From Botryllus schlosseri (lineage: Eukaryota): 64,000 nucleotides of DNA. The DNA lies in the NCBI GenBank assembly GCA_051294905.1, contig CM119372.1, positions 30,072,001 to 30,136,000 of the forward strand, read 5' to 3'. The position numbers and the translations under genes were made by a program. How positions within the stretch are numbered: position 1 is the first letter of the stretch; each line of letters opens with the position of its first letter. This document shows, piece by piece, positions 23,401-37,031 of this stretch. The notes beneath the pieces were generated by a model that was not told where the DNA came from, ran no database searches, and worked only from the letters and a program-made list of their open reading frames with translations.

Positions 23401-26400
23401 TTGTAATCAATGCAGCTTTTACTACTGCGGTCATTTTACACCACTTCATGATTTTTTAGTCGACAGACGATGACTAACATCTGGCAATTTGACTGTCGGA
23501 TCGAAGTGAATACGATTTTTCATCATCTCCTCTGCTTCTGTCTAGTATAAGACTAACACTGTAAAGCGTGCACGAGTCAGAGCCACATTTTAATTGCTGC
23601 AACACTACAAAACAGGTTGAAGAGCATTGCTCTATAGCAGTGATTCCCAACCTGTGGTACGCGTACCACTAGTGGTACGCGAAGGTCCTTCAGGTGGTAC
23701 GCGAGTAGATTCCGTATTTTTTTCGACCGAAGGGAGTTATCAGTTCACGTGAGGTTGATTTTGAGTTTTTTTGAAGCCGTCGTCGTCCTGGTAAGGTGCG
23801 TCCGTGGTAAGGAAGCCTACGTCGAAGAAACGAAACCGACTTGTTGCGCCCATGCATGACTTTCGATGCGGTGTGAGCAAACGTATGCCACCAGAGTGTC
23901 CTATATGGTGTGGACACAAGCAAATCTCACGGCTCAGTATAATTGGTCTACGTCACACTTTCCACTTAGTCAAAGGCAACTTTACGGCCATTTTACACCG
24001 GCTTGCCGAGCGCTAAATTCGATAAAACGGGTATCAATGGAAAGCTGCTACTGTACTGATTCCGAAATTCTAAATTTTATTTTGTTCATGGTCCTGGGAC
24101 CTCCCAAAATCTGATTCGAATTTTGCATTGTGATCGAGTTTTAAAATTGTGACGCAACAATTCTGTCTGGCAAACCGAGAGTGTAGCAAACAGAGTTGTT
24201 GTGTCACAATTCAAAACTCTATCACAATGCAAAATTCGAGGCTGGTTTAGGGGGGTTCTAGGACCATGAGCAGAATAAAATTTATATTTTTGTAGTCAGT
24301 ACAGCAGCAGCTTTCCATTGATACCATTTTTCCGCATTTAGCGCTCGGCAAGCCGGTCAAAAATGGCCTTAAAATTGCCTTTGACCAAATGGAAAGTGTG
24401 ACGTAGATCAATTTCACTGAGCGGTGACATTTGCTCGTGTCCACTGTCCATATCCACACCGTATAGGACGCTATGATGCCACGCATCGACCGGCTAGTGC
24501 AAAATAAGCAATACAGCCATAGCATTTAATAAATATACTTTTGTTGTTTGTTGTTATTTCAATATGTTGTTCTTCTTGTGACTGGCGGTGAAAAAACAAT
24601 TCCATGCATCCCATCAAGGCATCAACCCTGACTGGTGATGCCTAGTTTAATAGAACTTGTTAACACACCTAGCTCATGTCAAATACCTGATTATGACATC
24701 ATAAATGGTGGATGTAGGTGGTACACGAGCACTGCATAAAACTTCAAAATGGTACGTGGGCGGAAAAAGGTTGGGAACCACTGCTCTATAGCTAAAGGAC
24801 ATGTGTCAACAACATGAAGTCATGTTTTCAGGACAGATTAACCCATTGTGGCGTCATTGCGAGAATGGAATTAAACTCTAATCGTTGCGATGATGTAGAG
24901 AGGGAATATTGTGAACGTATAGAAGTAAGCAGTCCGAGAATTGAAGGGGGGTAAATTAGTCCATAAATATTGTTACATTACGGTTTCATTATGACGTAGT
25001 TTACCTATGGCGTATCAAAGCGTAAGACACAACTAAAGTGAAAAGGGTCGCATTTCACCAGCTCCTCCCTCAGCTATACGCTACTGACTTTGAAATTACC
25101 GTCAAACGAAACAGATCCAGCCGCACATACCGCACATTCAGCGAATTGGTGTTTTGTCACCATTCCGCCGAATAAGATGTACCTTATCGGAGCCGCCAAC
25201 TTGAATGGTCTGAAGACTGTTTTTGTATATACCGCACGCCACTTTGTATTGTCGCACCCACTGACTGTAACCCTGCGGACGCCCCTGCGTGATCACTCCG
25301 GCCACGTCTCTCACCGTTCCGAAGTCAACTTGTATCCACTCACCGACTTTGTCTGTTTGATAGAAGCGGTATACTTACCTTACCAACCTCGCAATCGCAA
25401 CGAACTGTTCTAAATTTGCTACGTCGTAGCAAAGACCGTGGATTTGGATTCAAAGAAACAGGATTCAAAGATTAAAATTCTAGATATTTTTAACCTGGAT
25501 TTGGATTTGGAGTTGGATAGGGAATTTCTAATCATTTACAATTTTCATGTTGCGTTTGAGTAAATCTCAGTCCCTACTAGATTTTGATTGGGATTTGGAC
25601 ATGATTATAGAACAAATTATTGATTTTGATCTAAATTCTAGATTATAAAATATCGAAACCGCTTTATGGCTTGTATAGGCCACAAATTTTCACTTTCGTT
25701 AGATAATTGCCGTTTTCAAGCTTATTCTTCGTTCCCATTTGGAAATCGTGATTTTGGAGCACCCTCATCCCATTGATGTGAAATAAAACATGTTTTGTGC
25801 GCTTGCCTACAGAGATGCTCAGGATCGTTATTTTATATTCTATCCGGGACGGAGCTCGACAAGCTTTTCTCTAATCGGGATCCGATCCGTGCTAGCTTTT
25901 ATTACCAAGGTGAAGATGTCATTTTTTTCTTGCTTCAAATATCCACTTCGTCACTTTGCAATGTGTCACAGCTTCGTATATTTTCAATATCTGGTATGTG
26001 AGTAATTAAGATTTTTCCTGAGATACTGCGCACATACTTTTCCTGGATACTGATCAATAATTAGAGATGAAATAGCTGAGACCGGATAAAAACCGAATTC
26101 CAGATTCATGGGCTTTTACCGGAACCCGAAACTACGTGATCGTGATCGTATATATGAATCCAGGTAAGGTGGTTTTCATTTCGCTACAGGTACCGCTTTT
26201 CTTCTATTTACGTCGTAGAGAAGCTGGTGCCGACTTGGCAACCGCACCTAATCCCGACTCGGGGGTGGCAAGCTCGAATGAGGCCCAGATTAATTTCGTA
26301 AAGTAACATAGATTCGAATATTTTTGAGGATGTGTTTACGACTTCAAACTTTCTAACGCTTTGCGCGATTTAGTTTCACTAGCCTTATTCATTTTTATAC

Positions 26401-28971
26401 GGGTAATACGGGTACCCCTTCAAAACAAAACAAATAATAATAATGAAAACGTATAATTTACAGAAGTATACGCATTATCTAAATATATACGCAATTATGG
26501 GAGCACGGTATATTCCTAATATCACTGGAGAGTGGAGACGGTTATGTTATGATGCTTTATTCTCTGCGGGGCATGGAATAGGCCTATATACACAAGTACA
26601 AATATCATTGATGAAATTAATTCATTACCTTAAATGTTTTAATTTTGTAATTCGCGCGAGTAATCCGATGAAAATAATTTGATAGATTTATATTAATAAT
26701 GCTTGGATATAGTGATGCTCATCAGTCATCACCAATTTTGTCTATTGCATCAAGGGCGTGATCACAAATATAATCAGGATTTCAGTGGCAGGGAGGGATT
26801 TCAATTTGATTGATAGGTCAGTCGCACGCCTGTCGCACGCACTGGGGGACTGCCGTTATCAGCTGTTGGAACATTCCATAACGTCGAATTAACGTTTGGA
26901 TTATGCATGATACGTTGCATGCTCTTTTCGTCAAGCTAATGCCCAACTAGAGCCAGTAAAACTAACTTACTATTCTTGGCAGACCAAGAACCCGTGCTGG
27001 CTTCCGAAATTCTATTGTCAAGGCGTGCTCGGTAAGTCTCGTGGTGAGGACCCCAAAATGTCGAACCAGTCACTGCGGAGTCTGGAATCAGTCCCGATTT
27101 CATCCCCATGAAACACACTGCAATATGATCCAATATCATTCACTGTGACAAAAACGAAAACTCTCGTAGCTCACGTTCGAACGTCTCGATCAGACTTTGT
27201 GAACCTGTAAAACAGATTATGACTGATTTATCTAACATAAATTGCATATGTAGGCTACAGTGCACCCATATATAAGTTACCCGATCCACATAGACTCTAT
27301 TTTACAAAAATGCCCCGAGCGAAAGAGTTCTGTCGCTTGACATATTGCAAAAATATCTGCCTGCTTTTCAATGGAAACACCACGAATCGAGAAAAAGCTG
27401 TGTTTGTGTATGTGTAAGTGTGTTGGTAGGGTGCGAATTTTATTTCTGTCGTATAAATTATTTATACGCGTGCGTGTGTGTGTGTGTGCACGTCTGAGCT
27501 TATTTGTTTGCTTATGAGTGTGTTTATAAATGCGTTCATGGTAAGTAATTACTTCTACTTCTCCGAAGTAGTCAAGTCGGTTTATCTACTGTACCTTCGC
27601 TACTTAGTCAGATCGTTCCATTTAAGCCTATATACTTCCTCTTCAACAGTTTCTGAACCGAATTTATCGTTTCCCACCAGTGTAGTAGTAGTTACGCACA
27701 GTAGCGGTTACTAACGAACTACTTCTACATTTTCGAAGTACTCAAGTAGTTTTGCTCTACTTGTAGTACATACTCAAGTAAATCTAATTTTTCGCTACTT
27801 CTACTCCGTCATATTTTGTGACTTATATACTTACTTTACGGTATTCACAGTTTGTCAAGTGTATAGAAGTATCATGCGAGAGAGAGAGAGAGAGAGAGAG
27901 ACCATGACGGAGAAATTCAGGGGCTGGTTTCACAGAAAGTCAAGAATATTTGTCTTGCTCCTCTCGGAACATATATGAAGTGAGCACTTTTTTTTTAGAA
28001 AAGCATCGGTCAATGTATGTATTCTGTAGATTGTAGAGGTTACGTGGTTCTAGTGGACAATTTTAGGCAGCAGAGTAACCCATATGATATTCTCATCACA
28101 ATATATAGGGCTCAGAAATCCGTTGGAATTATACGTTGTAGTATATTTTCAGTTACCGTCCCAATCGCGCACAGCGTTAATATAGTATACACAGATTATG
28201 TACCATTTACCCGCTACAGCTTAGACATATCTTCCATCGTATTAATAACTCTGTCAGCATTGATATTACGCATGTGAAGGCGCCATACCGTTAGATTTTC
28301 TGAATAGGAACACTACCGACGAAAACGTCAAGAATCACTGATCTATCGCAAAGGTATGATTTGTATTTCATGATGCGATCGAATCCATAACCTGTTGACA
28401 ATGCATATATCATGAGCATGAGATGTATCAACACGAACCCAGCTATCTGCACCATCCGGATATGTCAGTTTCCAATATTTGACTGTTCGTGAGAGTGCAT
28501 GTGCGGCCGCTCTTGAAAACTATTTACTTGAGTAGTCAACAAATTCTACTTCTACTAAAAGTAGTTTTTGGCTCCTCCATAGGAGTAGTCTTGGCCAGCT
28601 CATTTGCGAGCACGGACGTCTGAATATCGATTGGCCTACACTACACTCGCTTCATCGATTCTTCTCAGTTATATTTATTTGTACATTCTAAGAATTTTAG
28701 ACACCCAGATAGCTGGATTTGAACATGACGTAACTACTAATGCTATGCCGAATATGTCACGACTACGGTTTGTAATTATTATAGAGCCGAAACATGAATA
28801 ATTCCTGTCATGAAACTATAGAACCCAAGGAAACCAAGAAAAGTCTATTCACAACATACTCTGGTCGTTCATGATTTGGCACTTTCTCCCGACCGCATCA
28901 TCCACAGCGCACTCCTCAGCTCGTGTGCATGCACAAGTCACGATGACTAGAATAAGAAATTCCAGATGCAT
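20475..28971 (-). CDS. Secreted single F5/8 type C (discoidin) domain protein, paralog A, 206 aa, 5 exons
   Basis: Exons 28971-28860, 27204-27175, 27117-26971, 25352-25183 and 20636-20475 all have GT-AG boundaries and splice in frame (621 nt). Signal peptide MHLEFLILVIVTCACTRA. Discoidin motifs CFMGMKSGLIPDSAVT, RARLDN, GSWSA, EWIQVDFG, VAGVITQGR, QWVRQYKV, YTGNSD, CRYIRIYPQSW and SMRLEF. AATAAA on the minus strand at 20443-20448. Confidence 0.92.
23638..24783. mobile_element. hAT (Charlie-like) MITE in intron 4 of paralog A
   Basis: CAGTGATTCCCAACC / GGTTGGGAACCACTG, perfect TSD CTCTATAG, and GTGGTACGCG repeats. Confidence 0.9.
23892..24475. mobile_element. Foldback MITE (~280-bp arms, 7-bp TSD) nested in 23638-24783
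   Basis: Arms ~23892-24170 and ~24185-24475 are imperfect reverse complements. Termini CAGAGTGTCC / GGACGCTATG with TSD ATGCCAC. A solo arm lies at ~20867-21150. Confidence 0.85.
27878..27901. repeat. (GA)n microsatellite
   Basis: About 12 GA units. Confidence 0.97.
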
Positions 28972-29436
28972 CTTCTTCTCGGTTCACAAGCAGAGTGAAG
29001 CGTAAATATACTTTGTTATCTTTTGGTGTCGGTTTTTATGCAGTTTGGCACCGTGAAGCATGCAAAAAAAATCGCGCGCTTTCGTGACGTGCTACTCGCG
29101 ACGAAAGAACGAATTGACTCATCAGTTGTTTTATATAACGTATTTCTGCAATAGCTTATTTCTGGAAAATAGTGTAGGATTAAATGAAAACAAGATCGAA
29201 GCCCGAGCCTTTACTTTTTGAGAAAATAAACTGCAGATCGAGATGTCGCTTCCTAAACTTTTTTGATCGCGGAACCGTTCAAGTTTTGTGGGCGGTTGCA
29301 CTCCAATCTAAAAACGTCTACTGTAGAGTGTTGGTCGATTTTTAATGTGATTGCTCCAATAAAAATTCATTGTTTTGAAATCTCGTTACCTTTAGTAATC
29401 ATCAAAGTAAGATAATATAAATCATACTCCTAGTAG

Positions 29437-31656
29437 CAGGGTTGTAATGACGCGATTTTTTGGTGACTCGACTTGACTCGAGTCATTTTCATAAAAATGA
29501 AAAATTACTCAACTCGAGTCGAGTCAATTTGTGTATTGACTCGACTCGTACTCGAGTCCTTGCGCATGACTCACAACAAGTCATATGAATCGGGACTGAA
29601 TCTACTAAGACAGGCATTTCATTGTAATTTCGAATAATAGTAAAGTTTTCACGCTATTATTGCTTCGTATATCAGTACTGGTACTCGAAAATCCTACCAG
29701 AAACTGTTAAAATTGAAGGAAATCAGTAGATTATAAATGCGAGACATTCGATATCATCGAGCAAAGTTGTAAAAATCGGGTGTCACATGACATTAGCTTA
29801 GAATCGAACAGTCAATACCAATGGTTCCCAACCTTTTTCGGTGTCGGAGCCAAATTTAGAATTTCAGAGTACGGTCGGGGCCGCACGAATACCAGGGCAA
29901 TGAAACGACCTAAAATAGTCATCAAAATATGAAAATTGGCATTGTTCCGAGCAATCGCTCGAAGCCATTGGCCATTGTTATGGTCGTTGTGTTGCTGCGC
30001 TCCCATTGTTCAGAACAATCGACCTTTGGTAGCTATTTCTGAACAGTTTTATTTCCCTGGCGAGATTTCAATTGGTATTTTTGGAATCAGTACGACAGTA
30101 GCTTTCAAATTATTCGTACCCTTGGGTCGTGAGCTGCAGGAACACCAATTATGCTGCTTTCGGGGCCGTTTAGTGAGTTAGATGTTATTGCCTAAACGCG
30201 CGAAGCGCGAAAATTTTCTGTAATTCATAATTGAATCGGTCAATATGATCGGGAATCGCATATATATTGCTATCAATTTTTATTCTCTCTCTGCTCACGT
30301 AATCAGTTTTACAGGGAGAGCCGAGGGAGGTGTGTTTGAAAAGGTAGGACCCCTCAATAATAATTAAACATCTCCGGGCGTATATCCGTTGGCAGGAACG
30401 AAAGAGCACTTTGTGAGCCCCCCTCCTCCAAAAAAACTTTGGTCTTGGGCTTACATAGGGTGAAAAACCTCTTGTTCGCTTTTTCTACGAAATTAGCTGT
30501 ACCGTTAAGTGAGCCAGCGCAAAGCGCAAAATTTTCGATAATTTATGATAAAATCGGTCAATATTAATGGGAATTGAATATATATTGCTATCAATTTCTT
30601 GTGCTCGCTGCTCACGTAATCATATTTACCGGTAGAGTTAAGCGAGGTGTCTTGGACACTGTAGAACTCGTTGGTATGACCCCGTAACATAATGTTATTT
30701 CGTGACCTCCTGTCTGCTATATCAAAAAATATAGAATAGCCCAAACGTAGGCTACTAAAGTAAGAGACGCTCACTATTTTGAATTGGTATTTCTTCTCTG
30801 GAATATAATTTGTCCCTGCGGGATGATATGTGTCTTGTGAGGTTCAGATTGCCAAGAGAGTATTTTGTCTATATAACGAAGCTTCGTTCAGCTTAAGAGC
30901 AGACCTTTTCGGCCAAGGTTTTCTCGCTGCCAATCGTTCTGACACACTTCTTGGAGTCGCATGTTACACGGCGTTAAACTTAATATGTCTTGGTGCGTCG
31001 TGGCGCGGTAATGGCAAACGCCGATATGCCCATTTCAATGAATATATTTTTTTGGGGGGGGATGAGAACGTATAAGTCAAGATATTTGGCAGCATGAAAT
31101 CACGCCTAGACTAAAAAGATGCACAAATTTCCAAAAAATACTCTATAATGTATGCTTATTCACGAAATAATTTAGAGCCCCCTTCGAGCTCGCCCCCCCC
31201 CCCACCAATTGGCGGGTGTGGCGTGCCGCAGTTATGGTCCTGTCTATACCTATATCTATACCTACTCCTCGTTCAAATGGAAAGTTAGGGCACATTGCAT
31301 TGCAACAGCAGCGACGAAACGTTAGCAGTCTACTCACGACTTTCCTGCAATCCTAATTAGAAACTCCAGACTCCAAGCCATGTACGTGCATTTTATAAAT
31401 ATAAAATTTATTTTTTGTCAATACTCAATTTCCCAATATTTTGTGTGGGCCGCAGTTGGGAATCACTGGTCAATACAATGACTTGAACTCGGACCCGAGT
31501 TGAAACACTCTGACTTGGACTCGACACTCTACTCCGTGACTTGGACTCGGACTTGAAACAGTGGTGAATTGAAAATGACTCAACTTGACTCGAGTCTAAA
31601 CTATAAAAGTGAGATTGACTTGTGACTCGGAACCTTGTGACTTGGTTACAACCCTG
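29437..31656. mobile_element. hAT-type MITE with GACTCGAG/GACTTG subterminal arrays
   Basis: CAGGGTTGTAA / TTACAACCCTG with perfect TSD CCTAGTAG. Confidence 0.88.
29819..31468. mobile_element. hAT (Charlie-like) MITE nested in 29437-31656
   Basis: CAATGGTTCCCAAC / GTTGGGAATCACTG with perfect TSD GTCAATAC. It contains a copy of the CAGGACC-ended family (~30190-31242). Confidence 0.88.
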
Positions 31657-32465
31657 CCTAGTAGTAATTTCCTCTTTGACCTACCGTTTCTTTCAAATAT
31701 TGCTGGCTACCACTGCATTAAAAATCAGCCCATAACACAGTTGGTTCAATTTTAACCCATATAGAAGTGAAGTGATCGGAGCAGGAAATTTGGGATTTGA
31801 AAAAATAATATGTAAAGTGAGATGATTTCGCTTCTAGGGGTCGGGATTGAGCCAAAGGTCTTATGCACCTTTCAATAGGGAATTGTTTCTTTACCTTATA
31901 GCGCTCAATATTTCAGCTTTCAATAAAATTCCTCGCACCCCCTGTCGAATCAAGTCAAATAGACCATTATTAATGAATCCGAATTGAATAAATCTGCCCA
32001 GAAAATATTTCACCGTTTGCTGCTTTGCAAAATAATTTTGGGCCCTAGATAGCGTATAGGCCTAATTCTACAATGCATAACGTACCCCCTGATTTGATGC
32101 TTTATAACCCCAAGGACTGCTCGAAATCTTGGTTTAGAATCCAGGCAACAGGTAGTATTTTTGGATTTCATCGATTACACGGCTTCGTTGGCTAACATGT
32201 TGCGCGAGGATCTATACACTATGAGTGTACCTTTAATGTACCTCTCAATCGTGAGCCGCGGAACACGTGCTAAAGAACAACCCGGAGGACTCGTGTGACC
32301 TCCATGAAGTCACATTGTTATGTCAAAGTACGCAATTTTGAACTAAATGATGTCACCCTTACACCACTACCCGGTCTTGTGACGAAGTGTCAGTAGCATG
32401 TCCATCATTAATTTCTCATTACTAAATATTTGTCTTTGAATACGCATCGCATTTACCCTTTATAA

Positions 32466-33226
32466 CAGGGGTAAGCAACTTCTCTAGTCGACGGGCCAGA
32501 TATGTGGAAGTGAAGTGGACCTACTTGGCAGGCCGGATTCCTGAATCGATACATCAAACGCGTATTTATCCACATATACAAAGATTAATCATATTTAATG
32601 TTAATTTGAAGTTTGAAGATGAGAAACCAAAACAGTATTTAATGAATATATTGACGTATATGTATTTCTATAGCCGTTGAAATCAATGAGACATACGTGG
32701 TCGATCAAAGTTGTTAGCAGGTTCTTTGCACTCTGGTTGCATGTCGCACACAACGAAAACAAAGAACTAAAAACCAACTAAAAATCACTATTGTATTCGT
32801 CCGAGAAAAAGAATCAATGACATACAGTCAATATAATTTGACGTATTGAGCAAGTAGTGGAGAATTGCGACAGACTGTGACCGCGGGCCGTATGTTGCGC
32901 GCCCCTGGTATAATGTATATACGAACGAGCGCTTGAGATTTTTCAAAATTTACCAACTTATCAATTCAGTACGGTTAAGTATTGAGCACATGCGTATATG
33001 CCGGTAATGAAATCTCTTTCGTGTTGACGAGCTTACGCGTAAGCTCCAGTCGCGCACTTCAATCACACATACACATTACACACGCTAAAGAATAAGGGTA
33101 CAGTGCCTATCATTTGACGTAAGGCCGCAGGCCACATCACCATGTACGGCCGGAAACTCTCTGCGGGCTCTCAAAATCACGTCACGAGCCGGCTCTGGCC
33201 CGTGGGCCGTATGTTGCCCACCCCTG
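32466..33226. mobile_element. hAT-type MITE
   Basis: CAGGGGTAAGCAAC / GTTGCCCACCCCTG with TSD CTTTATAA/TTTTATAA. Confidence 0.75.
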
Positions 33227-34841
33227 TTTTATAACAAGATCATTTGTCAATATCACTCATACTTCAAACTTTTCGATTTTGCCCTACTCGTTGGACAATT
33301 TCGTCTTAACTTGCAAAGAAGAAGAACAACATTACATTCGATTCGATTAGCCTATCGCGTGGTAGATTTTGCAACCTTTGTTGAACTCGAAAGATTATTC
33401 TTTGGATAGCTGCTCATCTTATCCGATTCCGAACATATTTTATTGCTCTTCATATAAATGCTTTATCAACATAACACTTCATGACAGATCGAGAATCAGT
33501 TTAATTCAAGGCAAAACAAACTTTGATGGTGAGTCATTACGATATTTCCATTTCGTGTTCATGTAGTGTTAAATACGACTACAAAATTATGGAATCAAAA
33601 ACGTTGCATAATGTTAAGAAAAGATTTCTACGGATAGCTAATCGGCAAATTAGCCTTTCTTCGAAAATGTGTTGATGTATCAAATCTGAGTCGTGGTAAA
33701 ACTGACGGTGTTGTTGATAGTAGAATTTACTTGGAAATAAACGGCGTTACCAGCATCATTATCTCGAGGCTTAAATTCCCACAACAAGGATTTGTGATTA
33801 CTTTCCGGCCGGTAATCGGAAAGAGCCAGTTAGGATCGCATACGGGCTTGTACGTTCACTGTAAATAACACAGTCTGAAATCTGCAATGCAATCCGATTA
33901 TATCTGAACGGAGCGTAGTAAGGTTGCAATCTCACCATGTCCTGACGCAGTTGGTCCTACTTTGTTATCAGGAAATATGGTAAATAGGAATGCTGTGAAC
34001 GTGAGGTTCACGTTTGCGTTCTGTATGTGAACCTCAGAAATTCAGAAGTTCACGTTCACAAACGAACCTTGGTAGGTTCTGCACTGTGAACCTTTTTCAT
34101 ATATTACAGCTTTCACTTCATTATAATATCTTAGATTGAAATTTATATCATTTCAACTGCGGGTCACTCTATGCATGGCGCTGGCAGCATAAAAAATCAA
34201 CATTAAAGGACCAATCGAGCATGCACCTTGACAATCTCAAAAATTTTATTTGCTTCGTTACAAAAGTTTGTTCGAAATATCCAGCTTTCCGTTCGTGAAT
34301 ATGTAATGACTCTCCGCTGACCCGCAATCGCACAACATCAAGAGCGAAATACACTACACGTAGTCAGCGAAGGCTGCTTATTCCACCAATCAATGACATT
34401 GATATCGTTGTCTGATGTAAAAAATCTAGCAGGCGTACGGGGTCAATCTAGACTTCATATTTTTACTGTATCATGAAAACGAAATCCGTGCGATAGCGGT
34501 GTGTTGGCCACTGCTGCCATACTTGTTAATGGGCTAATATCGGTAGCAAGTATAAAAACCCGTTTTACACCCTCCTCAATATCAACGTAGCAATACTCAG
34601 ACGCCGAATACATTGTCCGGTCTAGCCTAGACCGTTAAAGCGTAAGCTTATATATTTCCTTGCAAGTCCTCGTCGAAATTGTTGGCAAAGCGACGGAAGA
34701 TATTGAGCTTATCGGATTATTTTATCAGTTGATTGCCCCAGTTTATACATTTGACGACGTTTAAAACGTCAATATGTACTTCAACATTGTGGCATTTTGT
34801 GGCCCAATTCGTCGCTAGGTATCGTGTACAATAATATACGC

Positions 34842-36838
34842 CAGGGGTTCTCAACTTCCCTTGTTTAACGGGCCGCATTTTAACAGCATATGACTCTGCG
34901 GGCCGCAGAACATTATTACCATGTATTTGTGGGCTGCTAGTACATTTGGGCTGCTGTAGCCTATCTACCAGTCATTTACGGGCATTTAGGTCATTTTAAT
35001 GCATTCTAAAGCATTGATGGACAGCGTTTGTAAGTTTGCAGTTTCTGTTTTTTGTGAGAATATATTGCATATTCCATCGGCGCAAGTAAATCCCTTCATA
35101 GAGCATACATTGCATTCGTTGCCAAGTCGGTATATGCACCTTCAAACCCTTCCACCAGAGAACCCAACTCTCTGTTTCAATGCGTGAGCGAGCAAGTATA
35201 AAATTACGGTAACTTTTTCGTTATAGAGGTCATTATCACTTTGAACATTCAGTGATATGAGAAGAAGTCTGGCGTTCGGGGTCATTTCTGAGCAAACCAA
35301 TCAACCCTTCTCTTTTCCTTTCATGGCTGCTGGAGCCATGCACCAATAGTTACAGAAGTCAGCTTTGTCAAGTTGATGTTTTTCGCTGGTCCCCTGCCCA
35401 CGTTTGTCCTGTCAGCATTTCCTCTCCAAAAATGTCCACTCTGAAAAAGTGAACCCAGATAATTAGCTATGCAATGTCTGTGGAGCAGTGATGAGCATCG
35501 GAGCGGAGTCGGAGTGGATTCGGAGCGGAGTTTTGCCGATTTTGTGACAGTCGGAGCGGAGCCGGAGTTTACTACAGATAATTTTTCGGAGAATTTAGGA
35601 GTATTGTAACTTTTGTCTCCGACATCTTTTGATAGCTCTGAGCAGAATATACTATTGATTATGATTACAAACCAAAACACAGACAGTTGACACCTTGTAA
35701 AGTTGTAATATGACGGGTAACATGCCAAAATGATTGCCAAGTGCATAAAAATCAGCCATCTGCACAGCAATTGGGGACTGGAGAGTAAACAATACTATGA
35801 GGCCAACCATATTATCACATGTACCATGTGTACCATGTACCATGCTTGCCACTGTTTCGGATACTTGACGAGATTCATCGGAGTATCTCGGAGTCTGGGA
35901 TTGAGCTCTTCGGAGTCGGAGGGAGTTTTCCTCAGACACTAAAGTTTCCGGAGGGACTCGGAGTCTCGAAAAGCACTATCCGCTCATCACTGCTGTGGAG
36001 TGGGTAGTTTCGTCCAATGCTAGGCTAAAGTATAGTCACGCGACAACGTGTTTTAGAACATGCGATAAAAGATGGACTGACATTGCTGTTACTCTTCTGG
36101 TCATGTTCGAATCAGACAACTGTAGCTTCGAAGTTTGCCATGTGATGTTGTCCTTGCAGATAAATTCCGGAAACCGCAAATATTCGCACACAGTATCTTA
36201 AAGTTCTATTCGTTCTCTAGCAGATTTCTTGGGTTTAGCGTTATTCTAAGCAATTTTGAACGATGCGTCTGTATAACGTCGTCGTTAATTTTAACAATAC
36301 CTCGAGTTATGGATTGCTGGGCTTGACACCTAAGTAGCAACGTTTATTTCCAAGACCAGACGATATGTATAACTCCATAATATCGTGACGTGGTCGTGGT
36401 ATCATTTTAAGCTTCTATGTTTCGTTACGACATCTGTTCTTCGACAAATATGACACATTGATTGTCCATTTATATCTGAGAAAGCAAATTCCTTGTTCCA
36501 CGCAGAGTTACAAATGCAATTTTTGCCGTTTAATGTCACGATCCTCGCTCTTGTTTCCGTTCAAACCATTCCCGGTAAGTGAAACAGTCTTTAAAAGTGT
36601 ACTACGCAGCGTGGTTCTCTTGAACCGGAGTCCAGCCGAATGCAGATTCAAAACAATAACAATCTAAACTCGAGCATAGAAACCAGAACACATCAAAGAA
36701 TGAGTAATCAAACGAAGCAGTGACGGTGCGATAAGAGAGCTATGTAGCAAAATTAATATGTAACAATACTGTACCAAGAGCAATGGCGTTCATAATGAAA
36801 AACGTCGCGGGCCGCGGCCCGCGGGTTGAGAACCCCTG
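34842..36838. mobile_element. hAT (Buster/Charlie-like) non-autonomous element nested in 33985-36990
   Basis: Perfect TIR CAGGGGTTCTCAAC / GTTGAGAACCCCTG and perfect TSD ATATACGC. A shorter relative lies at 54187-55035. Confidence 0.9.
35486..35992. mobile_element. MITE nested in 34842-36838
   Basis: TIR CAGTGATGAGC / GCTCATCACTG, perfect TSD CTGTGGAG, and TCGGAG subterminal repeats. Confidence 0.9.
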
Positions 36839-37031
36839 ATATACGCTATCACTTCACTGAAATACAGGGTTAGAATTGGCAATATGACGTCACCGGATGT
36901 CATGAGGGTCATGTTCGCGTTCACACAGAACCTTTCTAAAAGGTTCGCGTTCACACGAACTTTACTTTTCAGAGGTTCACACCATCCCTAATGGTAAGCC
37001 TACCTTCAGTTCACGGGTGATGTATGTACAT

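Larger units (their letters stand above)
33985..36990. mobile_element. MITE family 'GGTTCAC', copy 2 (interrupted by nested elements)
   Basis: Same termini and body as copy 1. TSD ATGGTAAA/ATGGTAAG. Confidence 0.9.

Noticed and set aside
35321..35942. Cluster of 70-149-aa ORFs
   Set aside because: They lie within nested MITEs, span insertion junctions and show no protein motifs. The same applies to most short ORFs in the track.
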